This document shows positions 8,290 through 17,376 of a stretch of DNA of 64,000 bases, one piece after another. Location: the NCBI GenBank assembly GCA_049511595.1, contig JBEKXX010000001.1, forward strand, positions 676 through 64,675. The letters are read 5' to 3'. The position numbers and the translations under genes were made by a program. Source of the stretch: Terracidiphilus sp. (GTDB lineage Bacteria; Acidobacteriota; Terriglobia; Terriglobales; Acidobacteriaceae). The notes under the pieces are model-generated. The model searched no databases, was not told the DNA's origin, and saw only the letters and a list, made by a program, of their open reading frames with translations. The stretch's first letter is position 1. The number at the start of each line of letters is the position of its first letter.

Positions 8290-9525
8290 TCACCGCGTGG
8301 TTTGCTGCGCGAAGAGCGTGAGGTCGATGGCTTCGCCCATGGCTTTATAGCCTGCGTCTTTGGGGTGCAGGTGATCGCCTGAGTCGTAGGCCGGGTTGAA
8401 GCGATTGGGATCCTGCGGATCGCGCGTGGCTTTGTCGAAGTCGGCGACGCCGTCGAACGTGCCGCTATTGCGAATCCAGTCGTTGACGGCTTCGCGGATC
8501 TGCTCGCCCTTGCCGGAGTAGTAGAACGCGCCGCCGTAGGGCGTAAGCGTAGCGCCGATGGCTTTGATGCCGTGCTCGTGCGCGGCATCGGCAATCTGTT
8601 TGAGGGCCATCTCCAACTGCTGCGCGTCGATCTCATCGTACGGAGCCCGGGGCCGCTCGAGGCTGCCGATGTCGTTGATGCTTTCGAGCACGATGACGTA
8701 GCGCACGCCGCTCTGCGCAAGCACGTCGCGGTCAAGGCGCGCGAGGGCGCTGGGTCCGTAGTCTTCGTTGAGGACGCGGTTGCCGCCGATGCCTTCATTC
8801 AGGACGGCGACGTTTTTGAGATTCGGATCTTCGTGGAGGCGTGCGGCGAGAACGTCGGGCCAGCGGCGATTGGCGTTGGGAGTAGAAAGCGAGCCGTCGG
8901 TGATGGAGTCGCCGAGCGCGACAATGGCGCGGGAACCGGCGACGGCGGAGACATCGATGCCGTCGAGGAAGTACCACGAAGAGAATTTTGTGGCGCCGGG
9001 CAGATCCTGCGCGGTGGAGACATCGCCGTCGGCGAGGAAGTTGTCCTGGTCGGCGAAGTCGTGAAAGGTTTCGGCGCGCATGACTTGCGGCGGCAGATAG
9101 AAACTGACGGCGAGATCGGAGAGCGGAGGAACGGCGAGGGCGACGGGATCGGAGAAGAGCTCGGCTCCGGGCGGGATATTGACGGAGGTTGCTCCGCCGA
9201 AGGTGACGGCGTGATCGATGCCGGGCTGGATGGCTCCGTTGCCGGCGCTGAGCGCCACGTGAGCATCGGCGATGGTCAGCGGATCGGCGCCGTAGGCGTT
9301 GGTGAAGCGCACGCGAAGTTGCGGGCCGCCGACGGAGACGTGGACGATTTCACGCAGCGTGACGCCGCTGAGGGGGCGTAGGTTGAAGCCACGCTCGACC
9401 AGCAGGGGAGCCGCGGCCCACGTGCCTACCCATTGCGGATGAGGTACGGACTGGGCGCTGGACGGCGCTGGGAGAACGAGCACCAGAGCGGCGCAGGCAG
9501 CTAATGAAAGGCAGTGTTTCCCCAT
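8290..9525 (-). CDS. Secreted SGNH/GDSL hydrolase
   Basis: ALGDSITDG, NEGIGGNR, LESIND, DHLHP blocks; RBS GGAGAGG before MGKHCL (9525). Confidence 0.92.
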   Translation of the reverse strand: MGKHCLSLAACAALVLVLPAPSSAQSVPHPQWVGTWAAAPLLVERGFNLRPLSGVTLREIVHVSVGGPQLRVRFTNAYGADPLTIADAHVALSAGNGAIQPGIDHAVTFGGATSVNIPPGAELFSDPVALAVPPLSDLAVSFYLPPQVMRAETFHDFADQDNFLADGDVSTAQDLPGATKFSSWYFLDGIDVSAVAGSRAIVALGDSITDGSLSTPNANRRWPDVLAARLHEDPNLKNVAVLNEGIGGNRVLNEDYGPSALARLDRDVLAQSGVRYVIVLESINDIGSLERPRAPYDEIDAQQLEMALKQIADAAHEHGIKAIGATLTPYGGAFYYSGKGEQIREAVNDWIRNSGTFDGVADFDKATRDPQDPNRFNPAYDSGDHLHPKDAGYKAMGEAIDLTLFAQQTTR

Positions 9526-9572
9526 CGGATGATTCCTCTCCAGTTCAAGTTGATTTTCGTGCCAGCGATCGG

Positions 9573-12125
9573 CTATTGCAGTTCCATGTTGGCGGCGAGC
9601 GGCGTGTTCTCGCTGGAGTCGCCGACGCGAATGACAAACTTGCCGGGATCGATGGCCCATTTGTGCGCGGATTCATCCCAATAGCTGAAGGCGCGCGCGT
9701 CGAGCGTGAGGGTGACGTGTTTGGTCTCGCCGGGAGCAAGGCGGACCTTTTCAAATCCCTTCAATTCGCGCTCGGGGCGATCGACGTGGGCGGAGGGGTC
9801 GGAGACGTAGAGCTGGGCGACTTCGGCTCCCGCCACGCTGCCGGTGTTGGTGACGTCGAAGCTGACGGCTACGGTGGCGCCGGAGGCAGCCGAAGCAGGA
9901 ACGTCGAGCTTTGAGAACTGGAACGTGGTGTAGCTGAGGCCGAAGCCAAAGGGAAAGAGCGGGTGCTTGCCGGTTGTGGTCCAGTAGCGGTAGCCGACCA
10001 TGAGCTTGTCGCCGTACTTGATGTGCCCAATGGTGTAATCGACGGGCCGGCCGTTGGCGACAGGGGTGTGGAGCGTGGTGTCGGCGCCGGGGACGGGGTA
10101 GTACCAGGCATACGAAGCGTTGTCTTGCCAACTGCGATCGAAGGTGACGGGGAGCTTGCCCTCGGGGTCGTGTTTGCCGAAGAGGATTTGCGCGACAGCC
10201 CTGCCGCCCTCCTGGCCGGGATAGAAAAGGTGAAGCAGCGCGGGGACCCTGTCAAGCCAGTGCTCGACATTCATGCCGCCTCCGCCGGTAAGAAGAACAA
10301 TGGTGTGGGGGTTGGCGGCGGCCATGGCCTCAATGAGCGCGTCCTGGCCCGGCGGGAGGGTGAAGGTGCGGTCGTGGCCCTCGCCTTCGAAGTCGGGGTC
10401 GAAGCCTGCGGCCACGACCACAACATCGGCGAGAGACGCAAACTTTTTGGCGTCGGCTGAGACGAAGTCCGGCCCATAAACGATGCCGAACCCGAAGCGG
10501 GAGCCGACAGCGTGGGGCAGGTAATCGGCCTGGAGGCTGACGGTCTGGCCGGCGGCGAGATCGAGGGAAGTGGAATGGGGCACCTGGCCCTCGGCGTGGA
10601 TCTGTTCGAGGACTTGTTTGCCGTCGACGAGGATTTTGTACGCATCTTCGCCGCTGGCGGCGGCAAGGAGCAGATAATTGCCGGCTTTGCCGGCCTTGAA
10701 GGCGGCGGTGTAGCGGATGCTGCGCGGCTGGGGATCGGGAGCCTCCCACTGACCGTATCTCCAGCCGGCCACGTCCCCGCTCATGCTGGTTTCCGGCTTG
10801 CCCGTGAAGTCCCGGCTGGGAAAGGTCTCAACCCGAACGCCGTTCTCCCAACTGGTGCTGCCAAAGACACCGTTCATATCGGGCAGCCCACGGCTATAGA
10901 GGACGTGCGCATCGGGACCGAGGAGATTGGCGATGCCGGTGAGGATGCTGACGGGCTCGAAGGCGTGTACCTCGGCCGATCCCCCGCCGCCGGGGACCGC
11001 GGGCCAGGCGTCAGGGCCGATGATGGCGATGGTCTTGATTTTCGCGGGGTCGAGCGGGAGGAGATTTCCCTCGTTTTTGAGCAGCGTGATGCTCTCGAGC
11101 GCGCCCTGAAGAGCGACGGCGCGGCCGCCGACCGAATAGATGGAATCGGCAGGATCGAATTGTGGGCGCTCGGTGAAGCCGTAGCGCAGCTCGGTGCGGA
11201 AGAGACGCAGGATATGGTCGTCGATGGTGGATTCCTTTACCTGGCCGCTTTGGACCGCCGGGATAAGATTCTTCGCGTTCATGAATGTGGGGCCGGGCAT
11301 CTCGAGGTCGAGGCCGCCGTTGACCGCGGCGACGCCATCGTAGGTTGCATCCCAGTCGGACATCAGGATGCCTTTGAAGCCCCAATCGCCTTTCAGCACC
11401 TTTACGTTGAGGAAGTCGTTCTGTGTTGCGTGCACTCCGTTTACCAGGTTGTAGGAGTTCATCACCGCGTCCGCGTGGCCTTTGGTGACCGCAGCCTCGA
11501 AGCTGGGCAGATAGATTTCGCGCATGGTGCGCTCGTCCACGTCGGCGCTGGCGTTATGGCGGTCAAACTCCTCGTTGTTCAGCGCGTAGTGCTTCATCGT
11601 GGCGATAACGCCATGGGACTGCAGCCCTTCGATATAGGGAACCACGAGGGCAGAGTTCAGGAATGGGTCCTCAGAGAGGTACTCGAAGTTGCGGCCGCAC
11701 ACGGGCGAGCGGGCGATGTTGACGCCGGGGCCGAGCAGGAAGTTGACGCCGCGGGCGCGGGCATCCTTGCCCAGGCTCTCGCCCAGAGTGCGCGCAAAGT
11801 TCGTGTCCCAGGTCGCGGCCAGCGTTACGCCGCCCGCGTATGCCGTCGCGGGCCCCCAGTGGTTCACGCCCACCGACGCATCGGACATTTTGAAGCCGGG
11901 CAGCCCGATGACAGGCATGGGTGGGGTGAACTCGCCTTCGAAGCCGCCGAGGAGCTCGATTTTCTGTTCGAGCGTGAGCCTGGAAACCATGGCATGTGCT
12001 TGAGCCTCAATGGCGGGCGAGTCGGGCACGGGAGCCTGGGCCGCAGCGGGGAGGCAAACCAGCGAAAAACCCATCAAAACGGCAGAGAAAATCGATAAAC
12101 GAGGGCATTCCAAGCGGTTTTTCAT
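9573..12125 (-). CDS. Secreted GH3 beta-glucosidase with PA14-like insert and C-terminal Fn3 domain
   Basis: GRNFEYLSEDP, KHYALNN, LMSDW, EGEGHDR, PFGFGLSYT, RELKGFEKV motifs. Confidence 0.93.
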   Translation of the reverse strand: MKNRLECPRLSIFSAVLMGFSLVCLPAAAQAPVPDSPAIEAQAHAMVSRLTLEQKIELLGGFEGEFTPPMPVIGLPGFKMSDASVGVNHWGPATAYAGGVTLAATWDTNFARTLGESLGKDARARGVNFLLGPGVNIARSPVCGRNFEYLSEDPFLNSALVVPYIEGLQSHGVIATMKHYALNNEEFDRHNASADVDERTMREIYLPSFEAAVTKGHADAVMNSYNLVNGVHATQNDFLNVKVLKGDWGFKGILMSDWDATYDGVAAVNGGLDLEMPGPTFMNAKNLIPAVQSGQVKESTIDDHILRLFRTELRYGFTERPQFDPADSIYSVGGRAVALQGALESITLLKNEGNLLPLDPAKIKTIAIIGPDAWPAVPGGGGSAEVHAFEPVSILTGIANLLGPDAHVLYSRGLPDMNGVFGSTSWENGVRVETFPSRDFTGKPETSMSGDVAGWRYGQWEAPDPQPRSIRYTAAFKAGKAGNYLLLAAASGEDAYKILVDGKQVLEQIHAEGQVPHSTSLDLAAGQTVSLQADYLPHAVGSRFGFGIVYGPDFVSADAKKFASLADVVVVAAGFDPDFEGEGHDRTFTLPPGQDALIEAMAAANPHTIVLLTGGGGMNVEHWLDRVPALLHLFYPGQEGGRAVAQILFGKHDPEGKLPVTFDRSWQDNASYAWYYPVPGADTTLHTPVANGRPVDYTIGHIKYGDKLMVGYRYWTTTGKHPLFPFGFGLSYTTFQFSKLDVPASAASGATVAVSFDVTNTGSVAGAEVAQLYVSDPSAHVDRPERELKGFEKVRLAPGETKHVTLTLDARAFSYWDESAHKWAIDPGKFVIRVGDSSENTPLAANMELQ

Positions 12126-12349
12126 GACGCGCCCAAGATAGCGCATTGGGCCGCCGGATGTACAGGGTCGGCCCGGCTGTAACCGGGCGCCTCCAAAATA
12201 GCGACTTTTTCGCGAGTTCTAAAGCCGAAGGAGGAGACAGTGTGGCGGGGCTGGCCAGAAACTTCACTTTCGGCAAGCAGAATTTCTTAGTTTCAACCGC
12301 GTTTGAGGCGGCTTTGGTCTTTCTCTAGCGAAATCAAGGCCTTGGCTAT

Positions 12350-12387
12350 TGTGACTCGAATCACAGGGGGGGGTGAATGGGGTCACT
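12350..12387. promoter_or_regulatory. Tandem CRP-type boxes upstream of usp
   Basis: Perfect TGTGA-CTCGAA-TCACA (12350-12365) and GGTGA-ATGGGG-TCACT (12372-12387), 22 bp apart, with a G8 run at 12366-12373. Confidence 0.7.
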
Positions 12388-12464
12388 GCCCTGCTCCATT
12401 CCGGGAGCGCACACTCAAGGACCAGTGAACCAGAGAGAGCAGCGGCTGCCGCGGAGAGACGACC

Positions 12465-13364
12465 ATGAGCTTTGCTGAGGGTTTGAAGACCATTGTGGTC
12501 GCGACGGACCTTGGGGGTCAGGCAGAAGCAGCCCTGGAGTACGCCCGCAAGCTGGCAGCGAACTATGGGGCGCGGATTGTGCTCGCCCACGGGCTGGACC
12601 CGATGGAGTACGCCGCAGTGGACGCGCTGCCCGACAGCGTGCTCAGCCGCCTGACAGCAGAGGCGTGCAAGGTGCTGGACAAGCTGGCGGGGGATCTGTT
12701 GCGGGAGGGGATTCACAGCCACTCCGAAGTGCGGCAAGGGGCCGTGGCGGAGATGCTGGTGGATGTGGCGCGGCAGTATGATGCCGGGCTGATCGTCATT
12801 GGCACCAAGGGGATGGAAGGCGCCGGACCTGTGGTGGTGGGCGCCATTGCGGAGCAACTGGTGAGGCTGGCGCCGTGTCCGGTGCTGGCCGTGGCGGCGG
12901 ACTGGAACGCGGGCCCGCACCGGCCCACTCCGGGCGGACCGGTGCTGCTGGCGATGGAACGGAACGATGCGGCCGCGACTGCCGCAGCCACGGCGTACTC
13001 ACTGGCCGAAACTTTCGCTCGGCCTCTGCTGGCGCTGCACGTGCGAACCGCTGCCGAAGCCGCGGCCGGGATGAATCCATGCGCCGCCCGCCTGGAAGAT
13101 TTTGGCGTTCCTGCGCAGGGCAAGGCGCCGGTGCATTGCCTTGTAAAGGACGGCAACCCGGCCGATGCCATTGCAGAGGCGATTCGCGAAAATCACCCTT
13201 GCATTCTTGTGGCCGGAGTGAAACGCGCGAGCGGGACGCCGGGGCCGCATGGCACGGCGTTTGCATTGTTGTCTGCTTCGCGCGTGCCGGTTCTTTGCGT
13301 TCCGCCGGAGGGGTCGCGCGCTGCCGTGGAGCGGGAAGTTGCCGTTCCAGTGTGCGCTCAGTGA
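12465..13364 (+). CDS. Tandem-domain universal stress protein
   Basis: KTIVVATD, LIVIGTKG...GAIAEQLVRLAPCPVL, and a second domain ending SRVPVLCV. Confidence 0.88.
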   Translation: MSFAEGLKTIVVATDLGGQAEAALEYARKLAANYGARIVLAHGLDPMEYAAVDALPDSVLSRLTAEACKVLDKLAGDLLREGIHSHSEVRQGAVAEMLVDVARQYDAGLIVIGTKGMEGAGPVVVGAIAEQLVRLAPCPVLAVAADWNAGPHRPTPGGPVLLAMERNDAAATAAATAYSLAETFARPLLALHVRTAAEAAAGMNPCAARLEDFGVPAQGKAPVHCLVKDGNPADAIAEAIRENHPCILVAGVKRASGTPGPHGTAFALLSASRVPVLCVPPEGSRAAVEREVAVPVCAQ

Positions 13365-13619
13365 TCGGTGGACAGAAACGGGCCCGCGAGAGCCGCGATC
13401 GCTACCAACAGGGAATGGGCGGACGAAAGGAGAAGCCGCACCGTTTTGAGCGATCCCAAGCAAATGTAACCCAGCATGGTGCAAAGACGATGTGCTGCGC
13501 CGCGAATGGCGGTCAGTGAAACGTTGGTTTGCAGCGAAGAAAAAGACGCGCTTACCGGAAGCAGAAGGGCAGCAGATACCGCAAGCAAGATGCCAAAGAG
13601 CCGGGAACACGGTGAAAGA

Positions 13620-14132
13620 ATGGCGGACCTGACCACTCAACCCGAGACTCGATTCGAGCGCTTAGCCGCCGTGGCGGCACGTCCGCTCGCCGAGCTGCTG
13701 GAGTGCCCGCAAGAGGCTGGAGACCTGCTGAGCGGAGCGACGCGGTGTGTGGATTTCGAAGCCGGACAGGTGGTTTTCCGGCAGCACGGGCCCTGTAGGG
13801 GGTTGTATGTCGTGGTATCGGGCGATTTTGTGCGCAAGGCAGAGCGTTTCGATATGCGCGTGACGCTGGGCGCGGCGCGGCCCGGGGACCTGGTAGAGCT
13901 GGCCGCAGCGCTGGGAGACGGACATCACACCTGCACGATGACCGCAGTGACTTCCGGAGCGCTGCTGCAGTTACCGATGGACGCGCTGCAAAGAGCGTTT
14001 GAGAGCTATCCGCCGCTGCGGATGCGTCTGCTGGAAGAACTGGCACGAGAGATTTCGCGCGCCTACATCACCTGCGCTTTGACACGCGTGATGCCGGTCC
14101 GGCGGCATGGAAATGGAGCGGTACTGGCTTAG
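13620..14132 (+). CDS. Stand-alone cyclic-nucleotide-binding (cNMP) domain protein, no HTH
   Basis: FEAGQVVFRQ..., LYVVVSG, GDLVELAA, TAVTSGALL, C-helix LLEELAREI; ends before any HTH. Confidence 0.75.
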   Translation: MADLTTQPETRFERLAAVAARPLAELLECPQEAGDLLSGATRCVDFEAGQVVFRQHGPCRGLYVVVSGDFVRKAERFDMRVTLGAARPGDLVELAAALGDGHHTCTMTAVTSGALLQLPMDALQRAFESYPPLRMRLLEELAREISRAYITCALTRVMPVRRHGNGAVLA

Positions 14133-14252
14133 GACAAGAGCCAGTCCGGACAGTGTGAGTATCGGGTAGAAGCCGGGAAGACGAAAAGACCCGCCATGCC
14201 GGGTGAGGATTTGCGCTATACTTCTCCTAGCGTTGAATCTCGCGGGAGATGT

Positions 14253-14966
14253 ATGGCTTCAGCCCATTCTCATCACCCCCCGGAAGATTGCCTGAATTGC
14301 GAACACCGGCATTTACGGATGTTCTGCGATCTTACACCGGAGGCGCTGACGGATTACGATCAGATCGGCATCATGATGAGCCACGCTCGCGGGGCCAAGC
14401 TGTTCTCCGAGGGCGATCCGGCGCGTAATGTCTTTGTTATCTGTTTCGGGCAGGTGAAGGTCTCGTCAACTTCCCGCGACGGCAAGACGATGATCCTGAA
14501 GATTGCCGGGCCGGGCGACGTGATGGGGTTGAGCGCGGTGCTGGCCAACGTGCCGCACGAGGTAACGGCGGAGGCCATCGAGCCCTGCCAGGTGAAGACG
14601 GTCCGCAAGCAGGAATTTATCGAGTTTCTGGGTCGGCATGGGATCGCATCGATGCACGCGGCGCAATCGCTCTCGGGCGAATACCTGACGGTGTTCCACG
14701 ACGCCAAGCGGCTGGCGCTCTCGGGCTCGGCTGCGGGACGGCTGGCGCGGCTGCTGCTGGATTGGGGACGCGCGGCGTCCAACGGCAAGCCGGAGATTCG
14801 TTTCACCATGGCCCTGACGCACGAGGAGATTGCCAACATGGCGGGCACCTCGCGCGAGACGGTAACACGGCTGCTGAACCAGTTCCGCCGCGACCAGTGG
14901 GTCACCATCAAGGGCACCAGCCTGACCATCGTGAAGCCCGATCAACTGGAGCGGCTGACGGCGTAG
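14253..14966 (+). CDS. Crp/Fnr-family transcriptional regulator
   Basis: cNMP domain (LFSEGDP, GPGDVMG) plus HTH LTHEEIANMAGTSRETVTRLL; N-terminal CLNC-x8-C. Confidence 0.92.
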   Translation: MASAHSHHPPEDCLNCEHRHLRMFCDLTPEALTDYDQIGIMMSHARGAKLFSEGDPARNVFVICFGQVKVSSTSRDGKTMILKIAGPGDVMGLSAVLANVPHEVTAEAIEPCQVKTVRKQEFIEFLGRHGIASMHAAQSLSGEYLTVFHDAKRLALSGSAAGRLARLLLDWGRAASNGKPEIRFTMALTHEEIANMAGTSRETVTRLLNQFRRDQWVTIKGTSLTIVKPDQLERLTA

Positions 14967-15018
14967 AGTTCCTTCCTAACCTGGCATTGTTCCGAATCGC
15001 AGTGAGAAAAGACATGCC

Positions 15019-15125
15019 ATGATCATCCCCTTCGACAAGTTCAAGGCAAGGCTGCTGGCCAATCCCGAGGTGCGGAGAGAGTATGAAGCTCTCTTCCTGG
15101 AACTCGAAATCCCGGCCGCCACTCC
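15019..15125 (+). pseudogene. N-terminal relic of an XRE/HigA-type antitoxin
   Basis: MIIPFDKFKARLLANPEVRREYEALFLELEI matches the usual antitoxin N-terminus; the reading then runs into the antisense 3' end of the next gene and no HTH follows. Confidence 0.6.
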
Positions 15126-15503
15126 TCAAGCGGCGCGTCCTTTTCGTAACAGAGGCAGTTCGAGTTCGATCCGGTGGTGTGCGACTTTCGGCGCAATGCG
15201 TCCGCGGGACCCGCGTACCAGACGAACCAAGCCGTAGTTGGCCATGGTCTTCAGCGTGCGGGAGAGATTCGGCTTTTTGCGCCCGGTGAGTTGCGATAAT
15301 TCTTCGAGAGAACCCGGCGCCTTCTCGGCAATCAGACGGAGCAGATCGCGATTGCCGGCCGAAAGCACTCTGGCGAAGGACTCCGTGGAGGGAAACCAGA
15401 TGCGCGGCTCGTGGGATGCGAGCTTGCGCTGGCCACGTGCAATGGCGAGGGTCATGGCCTTCATCTCTTTGTAGCTGGCGATTCCTACTCGAAGCGTCGT
15501 CAT
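15126..15503 (-). CDS. HVO_A0114-like winged-HTH antitoxin (TumA-like)
   Basis: IWFPSTESFARVLSAGNRDLL...SLEELSQLTGRKKPNLSRTLKTMANYGLV; overlaps the upstream gene by ATGA. Confidence 0.75.
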   Translation of the reverse strand: MTTLRVGIASYKEMKAMTLAIARGQRKLASHEPRIWFPSTESFARVLSAGNRDLLRLIAEKAPGSLEELSQLTGRKKPNLSRTLKTMANYGLVRLVRGSRGRIAPKVAHHRIELELPLLRKGRAA

Positions 15504-15853
15504 GGGAGGACTCCCCTCTCTTTCAGCACAGCGTCCACTTCCCTCCAGAAATCTGCAAGCAACGCGGCGGCATCGCGGTACTCATAAGGCCGCACCGCGC
15601 GGATGCGGTGACGATGATCCTGCGGACGGCCTCGTTTTTGCTTTGCAATGGGGTGGGCGTTGTCGAATCCCACCAGCCGCTCGCCATTTCGTCCATGCAG
15701 CGTAAGCGAGTAATCCAATCCGTGCGGTTTCTCCGGCGTGACCGGTACCTGATTGACCACAAAGCGGACCCAGTGCCCTGCTTCAGGATCGACGACGAAC
15801 GTGAGGCCATCCAGGTCGAGCAGCGTATCCAGGGCGGGATCGTGCTTCCGCAT
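15500..15853 (-). CDS. DUF6516 / TumE-like toxin
   Basis: PHGLDYSLTLHG..GERLVGFDNAH...DHRH...YEY....LLADFW.EV signature. Confidence 0.75.
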   Translation of the reverse strand: MRKHDPALDTLLDLDGLTFVVDPEAGHWVRFVVNQVPVTPEKPHGLDYSLTLHGRNGERLVGFDNAHPIAKQKRGRPQDHRHRIRAVRPYEYRDAAALLADFWREVDAVLKERGVLP

Positions 15854-15862
15854 ACTCCTGTA

Positions 15863-15891
15863 ATGTTATCAGTTCATCATAAGTATTGCAA
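15863..15891 (-). promoter_or_regulatory. Sigma70 promoter of the DUF6516-HTH operon
   Basis: Minus strand TTGCAA-17 nt-TAACAT; imperfect palindrome TTATCA-N5-TCATAA (15866-15882) overlaps the spacer. Confidence 0.6.
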
Positions 15892-15957
15892 CGTGCCTTT
15901 TTGGCTCGGGGCCGTGAACAGTAATTCGTCCGCAAGCTGTTTTGTTACTGTTGACTC

Positions 15958-17355
15958 ATGGCTCACGCCGCTGCCGAATCATCGAATCCATCTCTCGACC
16001 TTGAGTCTCTCGTCTCCGACGTCGTCGCGCTGGCCATGAAGGCGGGGGCGAGCGACGCGGAGGCGGCGGCGCGCGAGGGCGACGAGTTCAGCGTGAACGT
16101 GCGCATGGGCGAGGTGGAGACGCTGACGGAATCGGGCTCGCGCGGACTGGGATTGCGGGTTTTCCTGGGCAAGCGGTCGGGCTCGGCTTCGACCAGCGAC
16201 CTGACCGCGGAGGGAATTCGCCAGCTTGTGGAGGGCGCGCTGGCGCTGGCGAAGGTGACGGAAGAGGATCCGTTTGCCGGACTTCCGGATGTGGGCGAGT
16301 TTGGCTCGGTCGAGGGCGATCTGCACCTGTACTACGAGGATGTGTACTCGCTCGCAGGAGCGGAGCGGATTGAGTGGGCGCGGCGCGCCGAGGCGGCGGC
16401 GATGGCTGCCGACCCGCGCATCACGAACTCCGACGGCGGCAGCTTTGACGCCACAACGGGCCGCAAGGCACTGGCCAACTCGCGCGGCTTTGTGGGCAGC
16501 TACCGTAGCAGTTATGCAGGCGTTTCCGCCGCGCCGCTGGCCATGGACGCCGACGGCAAGATGCAGCGCGACGGCTGGTGGTCGAGCGCGCGGCGGCTCG
16601 CGGACCTCGAATCGCCTGAGGCCGTTGGCAAGGAAGCGGCACGCCGCACGCTACGGCGGCTGGGAGCGCGGCGCGTGGCGACGCAGCGGGTTCCCATCGT
16701 GTTCGCGCCGGAGACGGCGCGGACGCTGGTCGGATCGATCTTTGAAGCCGCTTCCGGCGACGCCATCTGGCGCAGCGCTTCATTTCTCGCGGGGAAACTG
16801 GGCGAGACGATCGCCGCGCCCAGCCTGACGATCGTGGACGACAACACGATGCTGTTGCCCACGGGCGCGGGAGGATTTGGAACTTCGCCTTTCGACGACG
16901 AGGGCCTGCCTTCACGGCGCACCGTGATAGTGGAGAACGGCGTGCTGCGCAATTACCTGCTGAACACCTACACCGCGCGCAAGCTGGGCATGAAGTCCAC
17001 GCACAATGCCGCGCGCGGGTTGGCGGGCGCTCCGGGGATCGGTTGCGGCAATCTCTTCGTGGAGCCGGGAACGCTTACGCCCGAACAGATCGTCGCGGAG
17101 GTTCCGGCGGGGCTTTACGTGACGGGCTTGATGGGCTTCGGCACAAATCTGGTGACGGGCGACTACTCGCGCGGGGCGACGGGCTTGTGGATCGAAAACG
17201 GCCGGTTGACGCACGCCGTAGAAGAGGTGACGATTGCCGGGAACCTGGCCGAGATGCTGCGCAACGTGACGGCCATCGGCAACGATCTAGTGTTTCGCGG
17301 ATCGGTGGCTTCGCCGACGCTGCGGATTGACGGGATGACGATTGCGGGGGCGTGA
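15958..17355 (+). CDS. pmbA: TldD/PmbA family protein (PmbA/TldE)
   Basis: VNVRMGEVETL, GLGLRVF, SPFDDEG, LLNTYTARKLG, TGDYSRGATG, EVTIAGNL. Confidence 0.9.
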   Translation: MAHAAAESSNPSLDLESLVSDVVALAMKAGASDAEAAAREGDEFSVNVRMGEVETLTESGSRGLGLRVFLGKRSGSASTSDLTAEGIRQLVEGALALAKVTEEDPFAGLPDVGEFGSVEGDLHLYYEDVYSLAGAERIEWARRAEAAAMAADPRITNSDGGSFDATTGRKALANSRGFVGSYRSSYAGVSAAPLAMDADGKMQRDGWWSSARRLADLESPEAVGKEAARRTLRRLGARRVATQRVPIVFAPETARTLVGSIFEAASGDAIWRSASFLAGKLGETIAAPSLTIVDDNTMLLPTGAGGFGTSPFDDEGLPSRRTVIVENGVLRNYLLNTYTARKLGMKSTHNAARGLAGAPGIGCGNLFVEPGTLTPEQIVAEVPAGLYVTGLMGFGTNLVTGDYSRGATGLWIENGRLTHAVEEVTIAGNLAEMLRNVTAIGNDLVFRGSVASPTLRIDGMTIAGA

Positions 17356-17376
17356 GCGGGCGGCGCAGTCCGGTTT

